Source: Dehalococcoidia bacterium
GTDB lineage: Bacteria; Chloroflexota; Dehalococcoidia; Lucifugimonadales; Australimonadaceae
NCBI GenBank assembly: GCA_034423175.1
Contig: DAOUJA010000042.1
Span: 16,610-80,609 of the forward strand
Direction: 5' to 3'
Length of the DNA stretch: 64,000 nucleotides
Shown: piece after piece, positions 44,579 to 54,172 of the stretch
How positions within the stretch are numbered: the stretch's first letter is position 1
Layout of the letters: every line of letters starts with the position of its first letter
Notes under the pieces: model-generated
The model's input: the letters and a program-made list of their open reading frames with translations, nothing else
Database searches by the model: none
Told to the model about the DNA's origin: nothing
Position numbers and translations under genes: made by a program

Positions 44579-45541
44579 ATGAGCATCGACGCCGCTGGAC
44601 TCGCCATGCTGACAGAGCGCGCCGGTTTCACCGACCGCGGCGACTGCGGACGGCTCCGGACCACGGGCGCGGACGCGCTCGACCTCCTCAACCGTCTCAC
44701 CACCAACAAGCTCGAAACGCTGCCGGACGGCGAAGCGCGCTCGACCGTGCTCACGAACGGCGACGCCCGCGTGCTGGACCTCCTGCGCCTCGCGACGGTC
44801 GGCGACGGCATCTGGTGCCTCACCAGCCCCGGCAGGGCGGAGGACGTGGCGGACTGGATCGACCTGTACACGTTCGGCGAGGACATCACGGTCGCCGATG
44901 AGAGCGCAGGGTCCACGCAGCTCACCGTCGTTGGGCCACTCGCACAGGACGCGCTCGCCAGCGCAGGCTTTCCCGTACCACCGCTCGACGGCGTGCTCGC
45001 GCAGGACGGCGTCGTGGTCGTTGCCTCGCCGTTCGGGATGTACGCGGCCTACGACGTGCTGGTCCCGCTCGCCGATGCGGAGGCCGTCAGGGAGTCCCTG
45101 CAGGCCGCTGTGCAGGAGGTCGACGCCGACACGTTCGACGCTTACCGCATCCTGCAGGGCGTGCCCGCCTACGGCTCGGAGTTCGGCGCGTTCAACAACC
45201 CGCTGGAGGCGCGGCTGCTCGGCTCCATCAGCGAGGACAAAGGTTGCTACACGGGGCAGGAGGTCATCGCCCGGCTCCAGACGTACCGGAAGGTGCAGAA
45301 GCTGCTCATGTCGTTCACGTCCGGCGCCCCCGCCGCGCCAGGCGACGCGCTGGAAGCGGAGGACGGTTCGCCCGCGGGGGCCGTCACGTCGGCCTTCGAC
45401 GCCGGCAGCGGCCGCACGGTCGGGCTGGCGCTCGTCGCAGGGAAGCACGCCGTCGCGGGGGCGTCGTTACGCCTCGCGGGCGGTGCGGCGACGCTGTCGG
45501 AGCCCGCGTACGCGGTAGCGACGGAGCCGGTGGAGGCGTAA
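44579..45541 (+). CDS. ygfZ: folate-binding YgfZ/GcvT-like protein (Fe-S cluster repair / tRNA modification)
   Basis: GcvT-like N-terminal domain and the YgfZ signature KGCYTGQEVIAR. Adjacent to the iscA-like gene. Confidence 0.75.
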   Translation: MSIDAAGLAMLTERAGFTDRGDCGRLRTTGADALDLLNRLTTNKLETLPDGEARSTVLTNGDARVLDLLRLATVGDGIWCLTSPGRAEDVADWIDLYTFGEDITVADESAGSTQLTVVGPLAQDALASAGFPVPPLDGVLAQDGVVVVASPFGMYAAYDVLVPLADAEAVRESLQAAVQEVDADTFDAYRILQGVPAYGSEFGAFNNPLEARLLGSISEDKGCYTGQEVIARLQTYRKVQKLLMSFTSGAPAAPGDALEAEDGSPAGAVTSAFDAGSGRTVGLALVAGKHAVAGASLRLAGGAATLSEPAYAVATEPVEA

Positions 45542-45596
45542 GGGCGCATACGTGCTATCATCAGTGCTACGCGGAACCCTCGGGAAGAAGAACACG

Positions 45597-45884
45597 ATGA
45601 GCACTCAACCGACTGAGCCAAGAGTCCAAGTCCTCGAAGACGATATGGCCGAGGCGAAACGCATCCTGCGCGAGAACGCACAGCAGACCGCCAGGAACTC
45701 GGAGGCTATCGCCAGAAACGAAGCGCAGATCGCCAAGAACTCGGAGGCGATTGCCAGGAACGACGCGCGGATTGCCGCCCTGACCGAGCGTGTCGACAGA
45801 GTTACGGCTGCCATGGAGGGGGTCCCAGAGCAGCTCGCGTTGCTGACCAAGGCCGTCGTCTCTCTCCACGGGCCTATCGACTAA
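45597..45884 (+). CDS. small coiled-coil protein with 14-aa tandem repeat (95 aa)
   Basis: ATG at 45597. RNSEAIARNEAQIA / KNSEAIARNDARIA is encoded by two 42-nt tandem units (45693-45734, 45735-45776). No TM segment. Confidence 0.4.
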   Translation: MSTQPTEPRVQVLEDDMAEAKRILRENAQQTARNSEAIARNEAQIAKNSEAIARNDARIAALTERVDRVTAAMEGVPEQLALLTKAVVSLHGPID

Positions 45885-45992
45885 AGAGTACGAGGAAGGC
45901 CCTTCGGGCCGCCCCGACGACTGGCCGAAGTAGGTTGCCTCAGCCTGTTCCGTGCGGACCGCCCTTGCTCACCTGGTAGCGGAGGCTGCTCC

Positions 45993-46757
45993 CTATCCCA
46001 GGTAGGCGTACTTGAACGACTCCGCGTAGGGGATGCCTTTCGGTTCGCCGCGGTTCCTGAGCCACCCCATGAGGCGCTCCTCGAATGCCCGCTCCTCTTC
46101 GGACGGCTCCTCGCCGTCGTTGGCCGGGGTGAACCGCATCTGGCTGGCATGCGCCTTGAGCGCACGAATCTTCGTCTCCGCCGTGGCCGAAACGTCGAAG
46201 TACACGTCCGCGACGTCGTCGTGCGCGCCGAGGTAGACGTGCTCGACGATGTGCGCCTCCAGTCCCTCATTCAGCGCGAGTTCCGGGAACATGTGCACGT
46301 CCCGGGCCGACGGGAACACGGCATCCAGCGTCGCGTCGCCCGTGTTCCGGTGGTCCGGGTGGTTGATGTAGCGGCCGGACCACCGGACCATGGGGTTCTG
46401 CGTGATCACCGCGCTCGGCTTGTGCCTGCGGATCAGGCGGACGATGTCCTTCCGCAACTCCAGCGTGTTCTGGACCATGCCGTCCTCGTAGCGCAGGAAC
46501 TCCACCGTGTTCACGCCGAGGATGCGGCAGACCTCCCGCTGCTCCTTCTCCCGCAGCTTCGCGAGCTTCGACGGCATGATGGCCGGGTCGGGGGTGCCCT
46601 TGTCGCCCGACGTCACGAGCGCGTAGACGACCTCCTTACCCTCGGACGTCCACCGCGCAACGCTCGCGGCGCACATGAATTCGGCGTCGTCCGGGTGCGC
46701 GACGATGACGAGTATCTTGTGTCCCGGTCCTGCGTGGTCTTCCGGCCAATCCGTCAT
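45993..46757 (-). CDS. PIG-L/LmbE family N-acetylglucosaminyl deacetylase
   Basis: ILVIVAHPDDAEF metal motif and HPDH block. ATG at 46757 overlaps the fabG stop (TAATG). The longer ORF 45993-47183 is a read-through artefact. Confidence 0.8.
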   Translation of the reverse strand: MTDWPEDHAGPGHKILVIVAHPDDAEFMCAASVARWTSEGKEVVYALVTSGDKGTPDPAIMPSKLAKLREKEQREVCRILGVNTVEFLRYEDGMVQNTLELRKDIVRLIRRHKPSAVITQNPMVRWSGRYINHPDHRNTGDATLDAVFPSARDVHMFPELALNEGLEAHIVEHVYLGAHDDVADVYFDVSATAETKIRALKAHASQMRFTPANDGEEPSEEERAFEERLMGWLRNRGEPKGIPYAESFKYAYLG

Positions 46758-47503
46758 TACAGTCCCAGACCTCCGTCTATGCTGAGCACCTGGCCCGTGA
46801 TGTATGCCGCGTCCGCGCTCACCAGGAACGCGACGCAGCCCGCAACGTCCTCCGGGGTACCGAACGTTCCCAGCGGTATGCGCTCGCGTATCTGCGCCTG
46901 CAGGTCCTCCGGTATCGCGTCGACCATCTGCGTCGCGATGAAGCCCGGCGCTATCGCGTTCACCGTGATGCCGCGCGACGCCACCTCCCGGGCGACCGTC
47001 CGCGTGAAACCGATGAGCCCCGCTTTCGCCGCGGTGTAGTTCGCCTGCCCGGGGTTGCCCGTGATCGCTACGACCGACGACATGTTGACGATCCGCCCGG
47101 AGCGCTGCCGCAGCATCGGGCGGATGGCTGCTTTCGTGCAGAGGAACGCGCCCTTCAGGTTCGTGTCGATCACGGCGTCCCAATCGTCCTCGGAGAGGCG
47201 CATGAGCAGGTTGTCACGGGTGATGCCCGCGTTGTTCACGAGGATGTCCAGCCCGCCGAGCGCCCCTGCCGCCGCATCCACCAGCGCCTCGGCCTGCCCC
47301 GCGTCGGCCACGTTGCCCTGCAGCGTCACCGCGCTGCCGCCCGCCGCGGCGATCTCCGCCGCGACGGCCTCAGCCTCCTCCCGACCGGAGTTGTAGTTCA
47401 GGGCAACGCTCGCCCCCTCCGAGGCGAGCCGCAGCGCGACGGCGCGACCGATGCCCCTGCTTGCGCCCGTCACCAGCGCGCGCCAGCCGCTAAGCCTGCT
47501 CAC
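46757..47503 (-). CDS. fabG: 3-oxoacyl-[ACP] reductase (SDR)
   Basis: GTG at 47503 follows GGAGGT. ALVTGASRGIGRA, NNAG and NYTAAKAG (YxxxK) motifs. Lies downstream of plsX. Confidence 0.85.
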   Translation of the reverse strand: MSRLSGWRALVTGASRGIGRAVALRLASEGASVALNYNSGREEAEAVAAEIAAAGGSAVTLQGNVADAGQAEALVDAAAGALGGLDILVNNAGITRDNLLMRLSEDDWDAVIDTNLKGAFLCTKAAIRPMLRQRSGRIVNMSSVVAITGNPGQANYTAAKAGLIGFTRTVAREVASRGITVNAIAPGFIATQMVDAIPEDLQAQIRERIPLGTFGTPEDVAGCVAFLVSADAAYITGQVLSIDGGLGL

Positions 47504-48491
47504 TGCCGACCTCCGCGCGGACGAGCGCCTGCGCGAGGTCGTCACGCAAGGTCTCTATCAGATTGCGGTCGAGCGCGAAACACGCCAGCCCCACGGAGCG
47601 CGCGATGCTCTGTGCAGTCGAGCGCCCATGCCCTGCGATGACAACCCCATTCACGCCGAACAATGGCCCGCCCCCGCCTTCCGCCGCAGACGCCAGTCCT
47701 GCTATCGCCTGCACCGCAGGGCTGTCCGGCCCCAACCGTGAAGCGAGATAGCGCCCCGCGGCGGCGGCAAGCCCTTCCGTGTATTTCAGCAGCACGTTGC
47801 CCACGAAGCCGTCGCAAACGAGCACATCCGCCTTGTTCGCGAATATCTCGTGGCCCTCGACGTTCCCCACGAAGTTGAGCCCGCTCGCCTTGAAGAGCGG
47901 GAACGCCTCCTGCACCTGCTTGTTCCCTTTCCCATCCTCCGAGCCCACACTCAGCAGCCCAACGCGAGGCGACTCCTTGCCGTGGTAGATGCGTTCGAAC
48001 GAGGCCCCCAGGGCTCCGAAACTGAGCATCTGCGCCGGCTTGCAATCCACGTTTGCGCCCAGGTCGATGATCGTCGTCTCAGGCGCAAGCCCGATGAACG
48101 GCCCGCCCAGCGTCGGACGCTCCAGCCCCGGAAACATCCCCAGCGCAAGGACGGCGGCAGCCATCGTCCCGCCCGTCGAGCCCATGCTTACCACGGCGTG
48201 CGCCTGTCCGCCCTTGACCATCCCTACGGCCACTGCGATGGACGCGCGCGGATTCCTCAGCAGCGCGCGCGCCGGCGCCTCTTCCTCCGAGACGGCCCCC
48301 TCGGACGGCACGACCTGCACCGGCAGGCCGCTCGTATCGTGCTTCGCGAGTTCAGCCGACACGGCCGCTTCGTCTCCCACGAGCGCGAGCGCCACGTCGT
48401 ACTCGCGCGCAGCGATCACCGCGGCCTCCACCGGGACCGCGGGGGCAAGGTCGCCGCCCATCGCGTCCAATGCGATCGTGTACTTCGCCAA
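47490..48491 (-). CDS. plsX: phosphate acyltransferase PlsX
   Basis: IALDAMGGDLAP start and overall PlsX layout. 333 aa. Confidence 0.9.
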   Translation of the reverse strand: MAKYTIALDAMGGDLAPAVPVEAAVIAAREYDVALALVGDEAAVSAELAKHDTSGLPVQVVPSEGAVSEEEAPARALLRNPRASIAVAVGMVKGGQAHAVVSMGSTGGTMAAAVLALGMFPGLERPTLGGPFIGLAPETTIIDLGANVDCKPAQMLSFGALGASFERIYHGKESPRVGLLSVGSEDGKGNKQVQEAFPLFKASGLNFVGNVEGHEIFANKADVLVCDGFVGNVLLKYTEGLAAAAGRYLASRLGPDSPAVQAIAGLASAAEGGGGPLFGVNGVVIAGHGRSTAQSIARSVGLACFALDRNLIETLRDDLAQALVRAEVGSEQA

Positions 48492-48509
48492 CTCCTGCTC
48501 CTTCGCCGG

Positions 48510-48902
48510 TCAGGCGTCCAGCGCCACCGACGCGTCGCCCGTTATCACGTTCTCGCCGTCCTGGTTCGTCACCGCCACATCGTAGGTGGCCGTACTCCCG
48601 TCCGACGCCTTCAGCGTCCCGGCCGCCCTGACGGTATCGCCCGGAAAGACCGGGGCGCGGAACCGCGTCTTGAGCCTTCCGCCGCGCAGCCACGCTTCAC
48701 CGAACGAGCGCGTCATCAGCTCCGACACCAGCGCTAGCACGAGCATACCGTGCGCGATGGTCCGGCCGTACGGCGTGCCCCGCGCGAACTCTTCGTCCAG
48801 GTGCAGCGGGTTGTGGTCGCCGCTGGCGTCCGCATACTGTACCAACTGCTCCTGCGTTATGCGGCGTTCCACCGGCTGCAGGTCCTCCGGCGCCCCGCTC
48901 AC
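48510..48902 (-). CDS. MaoC-like (R)-specific hydratase/dehydratase, hotdog fold (catalytic subunit-like)
   Basis: GTG at 48902 overlaps the upstream stop (GTGA). YADASGDHNPLHLDEEFA hydratase motif. 130 aa. Confidence 0.75.
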   Translation of the reverse strand: MSGAPEDLQPVERRITQEQLVQYADASGDHNPLHLDEEFARGTPYGRTIAHGMLVLALVSELMTRSFGEAWLRGGRLKTRFRAPVFPGDTVRAAGTLKASDGSTATYDVAVTNQDGENVITGDASVALDA

Positions 48903-49294
48903 TCCCCGTCCTCCGGGACGGCGAGCGCCGCCCTGCCCTGCACCGCGGCCCCGCCGTCCACCTCGCCGCGCAGGTCCAGCGTCAGGAAGCGTGTCCCGCG
49001 CCGCACGCTGTTCGCCGCGACCGTCGCCGAGCAGCGCACCGCCGAGTCCACCGCCACGGTCCGGGAGAACGTCAACTCCTGCCCGGTGTGCACCGTTCCC
49101 GCGGGCAGGCTCACCGCTTCCATCGCCTCGGCCATCACCAGCGCGGCGACCGCCATCGACGGCACGAGTCCCTCGTCGGCGTACAGCGAGCACTCGTCGC
49201 CGACGGCCCGCACGTAGGCGTCGGCCATCGACGCGGTGACGACGATCTCGCGTTCGGCCAGTGTATGGCCGGGTTCCAGCGTGTTGAGGTCCAT
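48899..49294 (-). CDS. MaoC_N-like hotdog protein (non-catalytic partner subunit-like)
   Basis: 131 aa from the ATG at 49294 (MDLNTLEPGHTLAEREIVV...). Hotdog-fold length and pattern without the D-x4-H hydratase motif. The rest of ORF 48899-50200 is antisense to the lipoprotein gene. Confidence 0.6.
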   Translation of the reverse strand: MDLNTLEPGHTLAEREIVVTASMADAYVRAVGDECSLYADEGLVPSMAVAALVMAEAMEAVSLPAGTVHTGQELTFSRTVAVDSAVRCSATVAANSVRRGTRFLTLDLRGEVDGGAAVQGRAALAVPEDGE

Positions 49295-49424
49295 GCGTTC
49301 GTGGTCCCTGCGCCGGAGCCTGTGGCGCCCGGCAGATTCGCGGATTATAGAACGCCCCGCAAGCCCGCGTTCCCGACCGCGGCCGAGGGGTAGCCCATGA
49401 TAAGGTTGAAGGCAAGGACCCATC

Positions 49425-51365
49425 TTGCGACGCACTCCTCCCTCCTCCAGGCGGACTACCGCCGCCCTTCTGACATTCCTCGTGGCCGTGGGTCTCTTCA
49501 TCGCGTGCAGCGAGGAACCGACGCCGACCCCGGCGCCGACCGCTACGCCCACACCTACTGCCGCACCCACGCCGACGGCCAGCCCAACGGCAACGCCTCC
49601 CCCGACCGCAACCCCGACACCAACGGCAGAGCCCACTCCGACTCCCACTCCTGTTGTGAACGAGTCTGCCTTTGGCAAGGATGCCCCTCTGGAGGGCGCG
49701 CAGGAGATGACGCGACTGTACATGGAGGCACTATTCGCAACGCCTCCCGATTTCGAAGCGGCACAGGTCCTGTTCGCCGAGGTCTGCAGACCCAGCAGAG
49801 AAGAGTTTCTCGAACAGGTGGAAGGACTGGCTTCCCTGCCGGAGGGAACCGAGTTCTCCATGCAGGTGCTCGGGACCGGCACGATACCAGGGCGCGATGA
49901 CGCGATCATGGTCCAGTCTCTTCCACGGATCGATGGCGTGCCAATCGCGGTGCCGGAGTCCCTGATGATCTTCGAGAACGGGCGCTGGGTCGATGCCGAC
50001 TGCGAAGCGGGAAGGAAGTTGGTCTTCGACACGCACACGTTCGACCCTGCAGAGGTATTCGCTCCCCATTCTCCCATGTTGCCTTCACCGGAAGACGGCC
50101 CTGCCGAACAGACCGAAGAGGACATCGCACGCAGCTTCGAATGGGTGACTGCCGAGGGTTGGCGGGCGGCCTTTGCAGTAGAACCGGACCTCCATCGCAT
50201 CCGTGGACAAACGATCGGAGCGTGCCAGACCGAGACCGATCAGGAACTCGTTGAACTGTTCACGCAGGGCCGGGGGGCATTCGCCGGCGTCGAGACGATA
50301 GAGATTCAAGTACTCGGCGTTGAGCGGGTCGATGAGGGGCAGGCATGGGTCAACGTCCTGTTCACTCTCGACGGTGTGCCGGACGTCCCGAGCCTCTCGC
50401 TGGCGGTCTTCGAAGATGGGCAGTGGCGTCTGGGCGACTGCCTGGCGGATGCCGATCCGAGCATCCAACGTCCGACCAGCATCGAGGACGACCCGCGTAT
50501 CGCCTACGTCGGGGAGCCCGTTCGCGTGCAGTTCGACTATGAGGAACAGCCCTACGATCTGACGGTACTGGCGCCACCGGAGCAGGCTGACGACACGACG
50601 GTCCGCTTGCCAGTGCGCGTGACAGCCATCACGGACATCCTGGATTTCGCCTACGTGACCTACTTCGCTCATCTCGAAACCGAGGCCGATGCGGAGGGCA
50701 ATCGCACTCAGTGGTGGGGTGAACCCTGCGAACCAGGCGTCACAACGAACCTGACCCTGGTACGGGGCGGCTCTATCGAAGACTCCATCTGCTTCAGCGC
50801 GGACCCTTACGCGGCAGAGGAACAACCCATCCCGGACGAGCCGTTCGTGCGCTTCACTTCATTCGAAGGAGAAGAATCCGTACGAGTAGTCGATCTGACT
50901 CGAAGCACGCCTGCAGCGGAGCGACGGACATTCGAGCCGGGGTCCGTGCTGGCGGAGGGGGCTGCGGGTGTCGGCGACGAGATCACGGCGTTGGCCTGCT
51001 GGCTATTCACCCCGTACATGGGATTGACCGTGCTTCACCCCGGGGAGGTGCTCAACGAGGCCACCGTCCGGGTACGCGTCCGGGTCATGTCCCTTCAGTC
51101 TGAACCGCTGGACCTGGCTTACCTCTTCGAAGTCGCCGTGCGCCTGGAGCGCTACGGCAGGATCCACCGGTGGACGCCCGTCATGGATGCGGATGGTCCT
51201 CTCGCAACCCCGGACAACATAGCAGGCGTAACCCTGATGGAAGGCGAAACTGCCGAGGGGTACATCTACTTCGAGGCACCACCGTCACAACCCACCAGGC
51301 TGACAGCCCCGCCGAACGCACTGCTGTATTGGTCGGAGTGCTGGCTGAAACCGGTACACCTCTGA
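49425..51365 (+). CDS. large secreted lipoprotein with Pro/Thr-rich linker, function unknown
   Basis: TTG start. Signal plus lipobox LFIAC, then about 55 aa of PT repeats. Next come two modules ending FENGRWVDADC / FEDGQWRLGDC, then two modules ending in beta-sandwich-like GGSIEDSICFSADP / GETAEGYIYFEAPP (DUF4352-like by eye). Confidence 0.55.
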   Translation: MRRTPPSSRRTTAALLTFLVAVGLFIACSEEPTPTPAPTATPTPTAAPTPTASPTATPPPTATPTPTAEPTPTPTPVVNESAFGKDAPLEGAQEMTRLYMEALFATPPDFEAAQVLFAEVCRPSREEFLEQVEGLASLPEGTEFSMQVLGTGTIPGRDDAIMVQSLPRIDGVPIAVPESLMIFENGRWVDADCEAGRKLVFDTHTFDPAEVFAPHSPMLPSPEDGPAEQTEEDIARSFEWVTAEGWRAAFAVEPDLHRIRGQTIGACQTETDQELVELFTQGRGAFAGVETIEIQVLGVERVDEGQAWVNVLFTLDGVPDVPSLSLAVFEDGQWRLGDCLADADPSIQRPTSIEDDPRIAYVGEPVRVQFDYEEQPYDLTVLAPPEQADDTTVRLPVRVTAITDILDFAYVTYFAHLETEADAEGNRTQWWGEPCEPGVTTNLTLVRGGSIEDSICFSADPYAAEEQPIPDEPFVRFTSFEGEESVRVVDLTRSTPAAERRTFEPGSVLAEGAAGVGDEITALACWLFTPYMGLTVLHPGEVLNEATVRVRVRVMSLQSEPLDLAYLFEVAVRLERYGRIHRWTPVMDADGPLATPDNIAGVTLMEGETAEGYIYFEAPPSQPTRLTAPPNALLYWSECWLKPVHL

Positions 51366-51459
51366 CAACCACTTCATGCGCCCGGCTCTCGTACTACGTC
51401 CCCCTGCACCACTGTCGCGTTGACGCGCGGCGGCTGCGTCCCCTACCCTTGAATTGCGT

Positions 51460-51536
<77 letters not shown>

Positions 51537-51596
51537 GTACACCATCCCAGAGACTCTCCCGAAGGGACCGGGCATTGCTGCCGCCAGGAGAAAGTC

Positions 51597-52145
51597 ATGC
51601 CTCGCATCGAGATGATCACCGACAAGGCCCAGATCCCCGAGGAACGGCACGCCGAGTTCGACGCGATCGTCGAGACGCTTCACGGGGTGCGCGGGCCTTT
51701 CGCCGTCCTCATGCACAGCCCCGGCCTCGCCCGGAAGGTCATGGAGGCCGGTGCGCAGGTCAGGCTGGGCTCGACCCTCAGCCCGGTCGAGCGCGAACTG
51801 GCCATCATCGCCGTCGCCAGGGAGAAGGACGCGACCTACGAGTGGGCCGCGCACGTGCGGGCCGGACGCGCCGCCGGTATGCGCGAAGAGGCCATCGAGG
51901 CCGTCAGGCACAGGCAGGACACCAGCGGCCTCGAAGAGGACGAGCGCGACATCATCGAGTTCGTACGGCAACTCCTTCAGAACAACAAGGTGGAGCAGGA
52001 CCTCTTCGACACGCTGGAGGGCCGGAAGGGCGTCCGATGGCTCGTGGAGCTCGCCGCAACCACCGGCCAGTACCAGTACATCTCCGCGATCAACACCACG
52101 TTCGGCGTCGTTGCAGCCCCGGACGCCGACCAACTCCCCGTCTGA
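51597..52145 (+). CDS. carboxymuconolactone decarboxylase (AhpD-like) family protein
   Basis: ATG at 51597 after CAGGAGAAAG. 182 aa all-helical protein with ELAIIAVAREKDATYEWAAH, reminiscent of the CMD-family motif. Confidence 0.65.
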   Translation: MPRIEMITDKAQIPEERHAEFDAIVETLHGVRGPFAVLMHSPGLARKVMEAGAQVRLGSTLSPVERELAIIAVAREKDATYEWAAHVRAGRAAGMREEAIEAVRHRQDTSGLEEDERDIIEFVRQLLQNNKVEQDLFDTLEGRKGVRWLVELAATTGQYQYISAINTTFGVVAAPDADQLPV

Positions 52146-52153
52146 GAAGGGCC

Positions 52154-53305
52154 GTGGACAGCCGGCCCTATACCATCCACGTCACGGACGGCGTACTGGA
52201 CGACCTGCGTGAGCGGATCGCCAGGACGCGGTGGCCGGACGCGGTCGATGGCGCCGGCTGGGACTACGGGGCCAGCCTCGACTACGTCCGCGAGCTGGCG
52301 GAGTACTGGCGTACGGGTTTCGACTGGCGCGCGCAGGAAGCGCGGCTGAACGCACTGCCCAACTATTCGGCAGAGGTCGGCGGACTGGGCATCCACTTCA
52401 TTCACGTCCGGGGCAACGGCCCCCGTCCCCTGCCGATCGTGCTGACCCACGGGTGGCCGAGCACGTTCCTGGAAGAGCTGGAGATGCTCCCGCTGCTTGC
52501 CGACCCCGCAGGACATGGCGGCGACGCTGCCGACGCGTTCGACGTCGTCATCCCATCGCTGCCGGGCTACGGCTTCTCCGACCGGCCGAGAGAGAAGGGC
52601 ATGAGCGCAAAGCGTACGGCCGCGCTGTGGTCGGAGCTCATGCAGGGACTTGGCTACCCCCGGTTCGCGGCCCACGGGGGCGACTGGGGCGCTGCCGTCA
52701 CCACGCAGCTCGGCCTTGCGCACTCCGATCATGTCACCGCTATCCACCTGACTTCCGCGACCATCGTCGGACCGCATCTCGGCGAAGGCGCTGCGCCTCT
52801 CAGCGCAGCCGAACAGGCACTCGTCAAGCACAGGGACTGGTGGCAGGCCACCGAACATGGGTACTCGCACGAACAGCGCACGAAGCCGCTGACGCTCGCC
52901 TACGGGCTCAGCGACTCACCCGTCGGGATGCTGGCCTGGATCGTCGAGAAGTTCTGGAAGTGGAGCGACAATCAGGGCGACGTGGAGAGCCGGTTCACCA
53001 GGGACGAGCTGCTCACGAACGCGACGATCTACTGGGCGACGCAGACGATCTCGTCGTCCGTCCGGTTCTACAAGGAGTCGGCGGAGGACCCGGTGCGCGT
53101 TGGACCGGGCGAGCGGGTCGAGGCGCCCACCGGCTTCGCGATATTCCCCGGCGACTCGAGCCAGCCGCCACGCGAATGGGCCGAGCGCTCCTACAACGTC
53201 CAGCGCTACACGCTGATGCCGAGCGGCGGACACTTCGGCGCATGGGAAGAGCCGGAACTGCTGGCGGGTGAGCTGCGGGACTTCTTCCGGCCGTTCAGGA
53301 CCTAG
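52154..53305 (+). CDS. epoxide hydrolase (EHN N-terminal domain + alpha/beta hydrolase)
   Basis: GTG at 52154, 6 nt after the CMD stop. PYTIHVTDGVLDDLRERIARTRWPD (EHN domain), HGWPSTF oxyanion motif, GGDWGA nucleophile region, C-terminal GGHFGAWEEPE. Confidence 0.8.
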   Translation: MDSRPYTIHVTDGVLDDLRERIARTRWPDAVDGAGWDYGASLDYVRELAEYWRTGFDWRAQEARLNALPNYSAEVGGLGIHFIHVRGNGPRPLPIVLTHGWPSTFLEELEMLPLLADPAGHGGDAADAFDVVIPSLPGYGFSDRPREKGMSAKRTAALWSELMQGLGYPRFAAHGGDWGAAVTTQLGLAHSDHVTAIHLTSATIVGPHLGEGAAPLSAAEQALVKHRDWWQATEHGYSHEQRTKPLTLAYGLSDSPVGMLAWIVEKFWKWSDNQGDVESRFTRDELLTNATIYWATQTISSSVRFYKESAEDPVRVGPGERVEAPTGFAIFPGDSSQPPREWAERSYNVQRYTLMPSGGHFGAWEEPELLAGELRDFFRPFRT

Positions 53306-53431
53306 CGCGCCGCCCTCAACTCTCCTCCAGTTCCCGCGCACGGGCGAGTCCCTAGCCAGTGCACGTCCGCCGGTGCTACGCTGCCCCGGTATCCCCCTGG
53401 TTCGACGCCAGCCCACGCAACGAGGCATAAC

Positions 53432-54172
53432 GTGGCCACCGCAAGACTCGGATTCCTCAGCGCGAACTCGCGGGGCCACGGCGCCCACTACGACGACTTC
53501 CTCCGCCTGCTGCCGGAGGAGGCCGACGTCCAGATCGTCCCGCTGGGCCTCTGGCAGAACTCGCTCTACGACCTCGAGGGCAAGGCGCGGGAGCACACCG
53601 AGCGCACCACCTCCCTCGTCGCGGAGCACGGCTGGGACGGCATCGCGCTCATGGGCGCGCCCATGCAGGTGCAGAACCCCGGACACGTCGAGCACCTGCG
53701 CTCCCTGTTGAGCATCCCGGCCACGACAGCGCTGGAGTCCGGCGCGGCGGCGGTCAGGGCGTTCGGCGCCAGCCGCATCCTGCTGCTCACACCGTTCGAC
53801 GACGGCCTGAACGCCATGCTGCGCGAGTTCCTCACCGCCCAGGGGTTGGATGTCACCGTGCCCCAGACGGACCGCACCGACACCAGCCGCGAGGACGTGA
53901 CCTCCACCGAGCAGAAGAGCGCCGAGGAGGTGTACCGGCTCGCCGCCGACGCATTCGCGAAGTCGCCGGACGTGGACGCGGTCTACTTCCAGGGCGCGCC
54001 GCTCAACCCGCTGCACGTGCTGGAGCGGCTGGAGGCCGACCTCGGCGTGCCGGTCGTGGCCAGCAACCCCGCGATGTTCTGGCACATCACGTCCCTGCTC
54101 GGCCACCGCCTGCCGTCCAACGTCGAAGGCTGCGGCGCCCTCCTCCGCGACTGGCCTCAACGCGCCTCGTGA
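53432..54172 (+). CDS. Asp/Glu/hydantoin racemase superfamily protein (maleate isomerase / arylmalonate decarboxylase-like)
   Basis: 246 aa, GTG start. Two-lobed pattern with LLLTPF and AVYFQGAPL blocks resembling maleate cis-trans isomerase-type proteins. Assignment by eye only. Confidence 0.5.
   Translation: MATARLGFLSANSRGHGAHYDDFLRLLPEEADVQIVPLGLWQNSLYDLEGKAREHTERTTSLVAEHGWDGIALMGAPMQVQNPGHVEHLRSLLSIPATTALESGAAAVRAFGASRILLLTPFDDGLNAMLREFLTAQGLDVTVPQTDRTDTSREDVTSTEQKSAEEVYRLAADAFAKSPDVDAVYFQGAPLNPLHVLERLEADLGVPVVASNPAMFWHITSLLGHRLPSNVEGCGALLRDWPQRAS

Noticed and set aside
49520-49650. Repetitive DNA that could be mistaken for a CRISPR array or tandem-repeat locus. Similar stretches lie at 5975-6040 and 56230-56620.
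   Set aside because: These are imperfect ACn/CCn codon repeats encoding Pro/Thr/Ala linkers inside ORFs. There are no regular repeat-spacer units and no cas genes.
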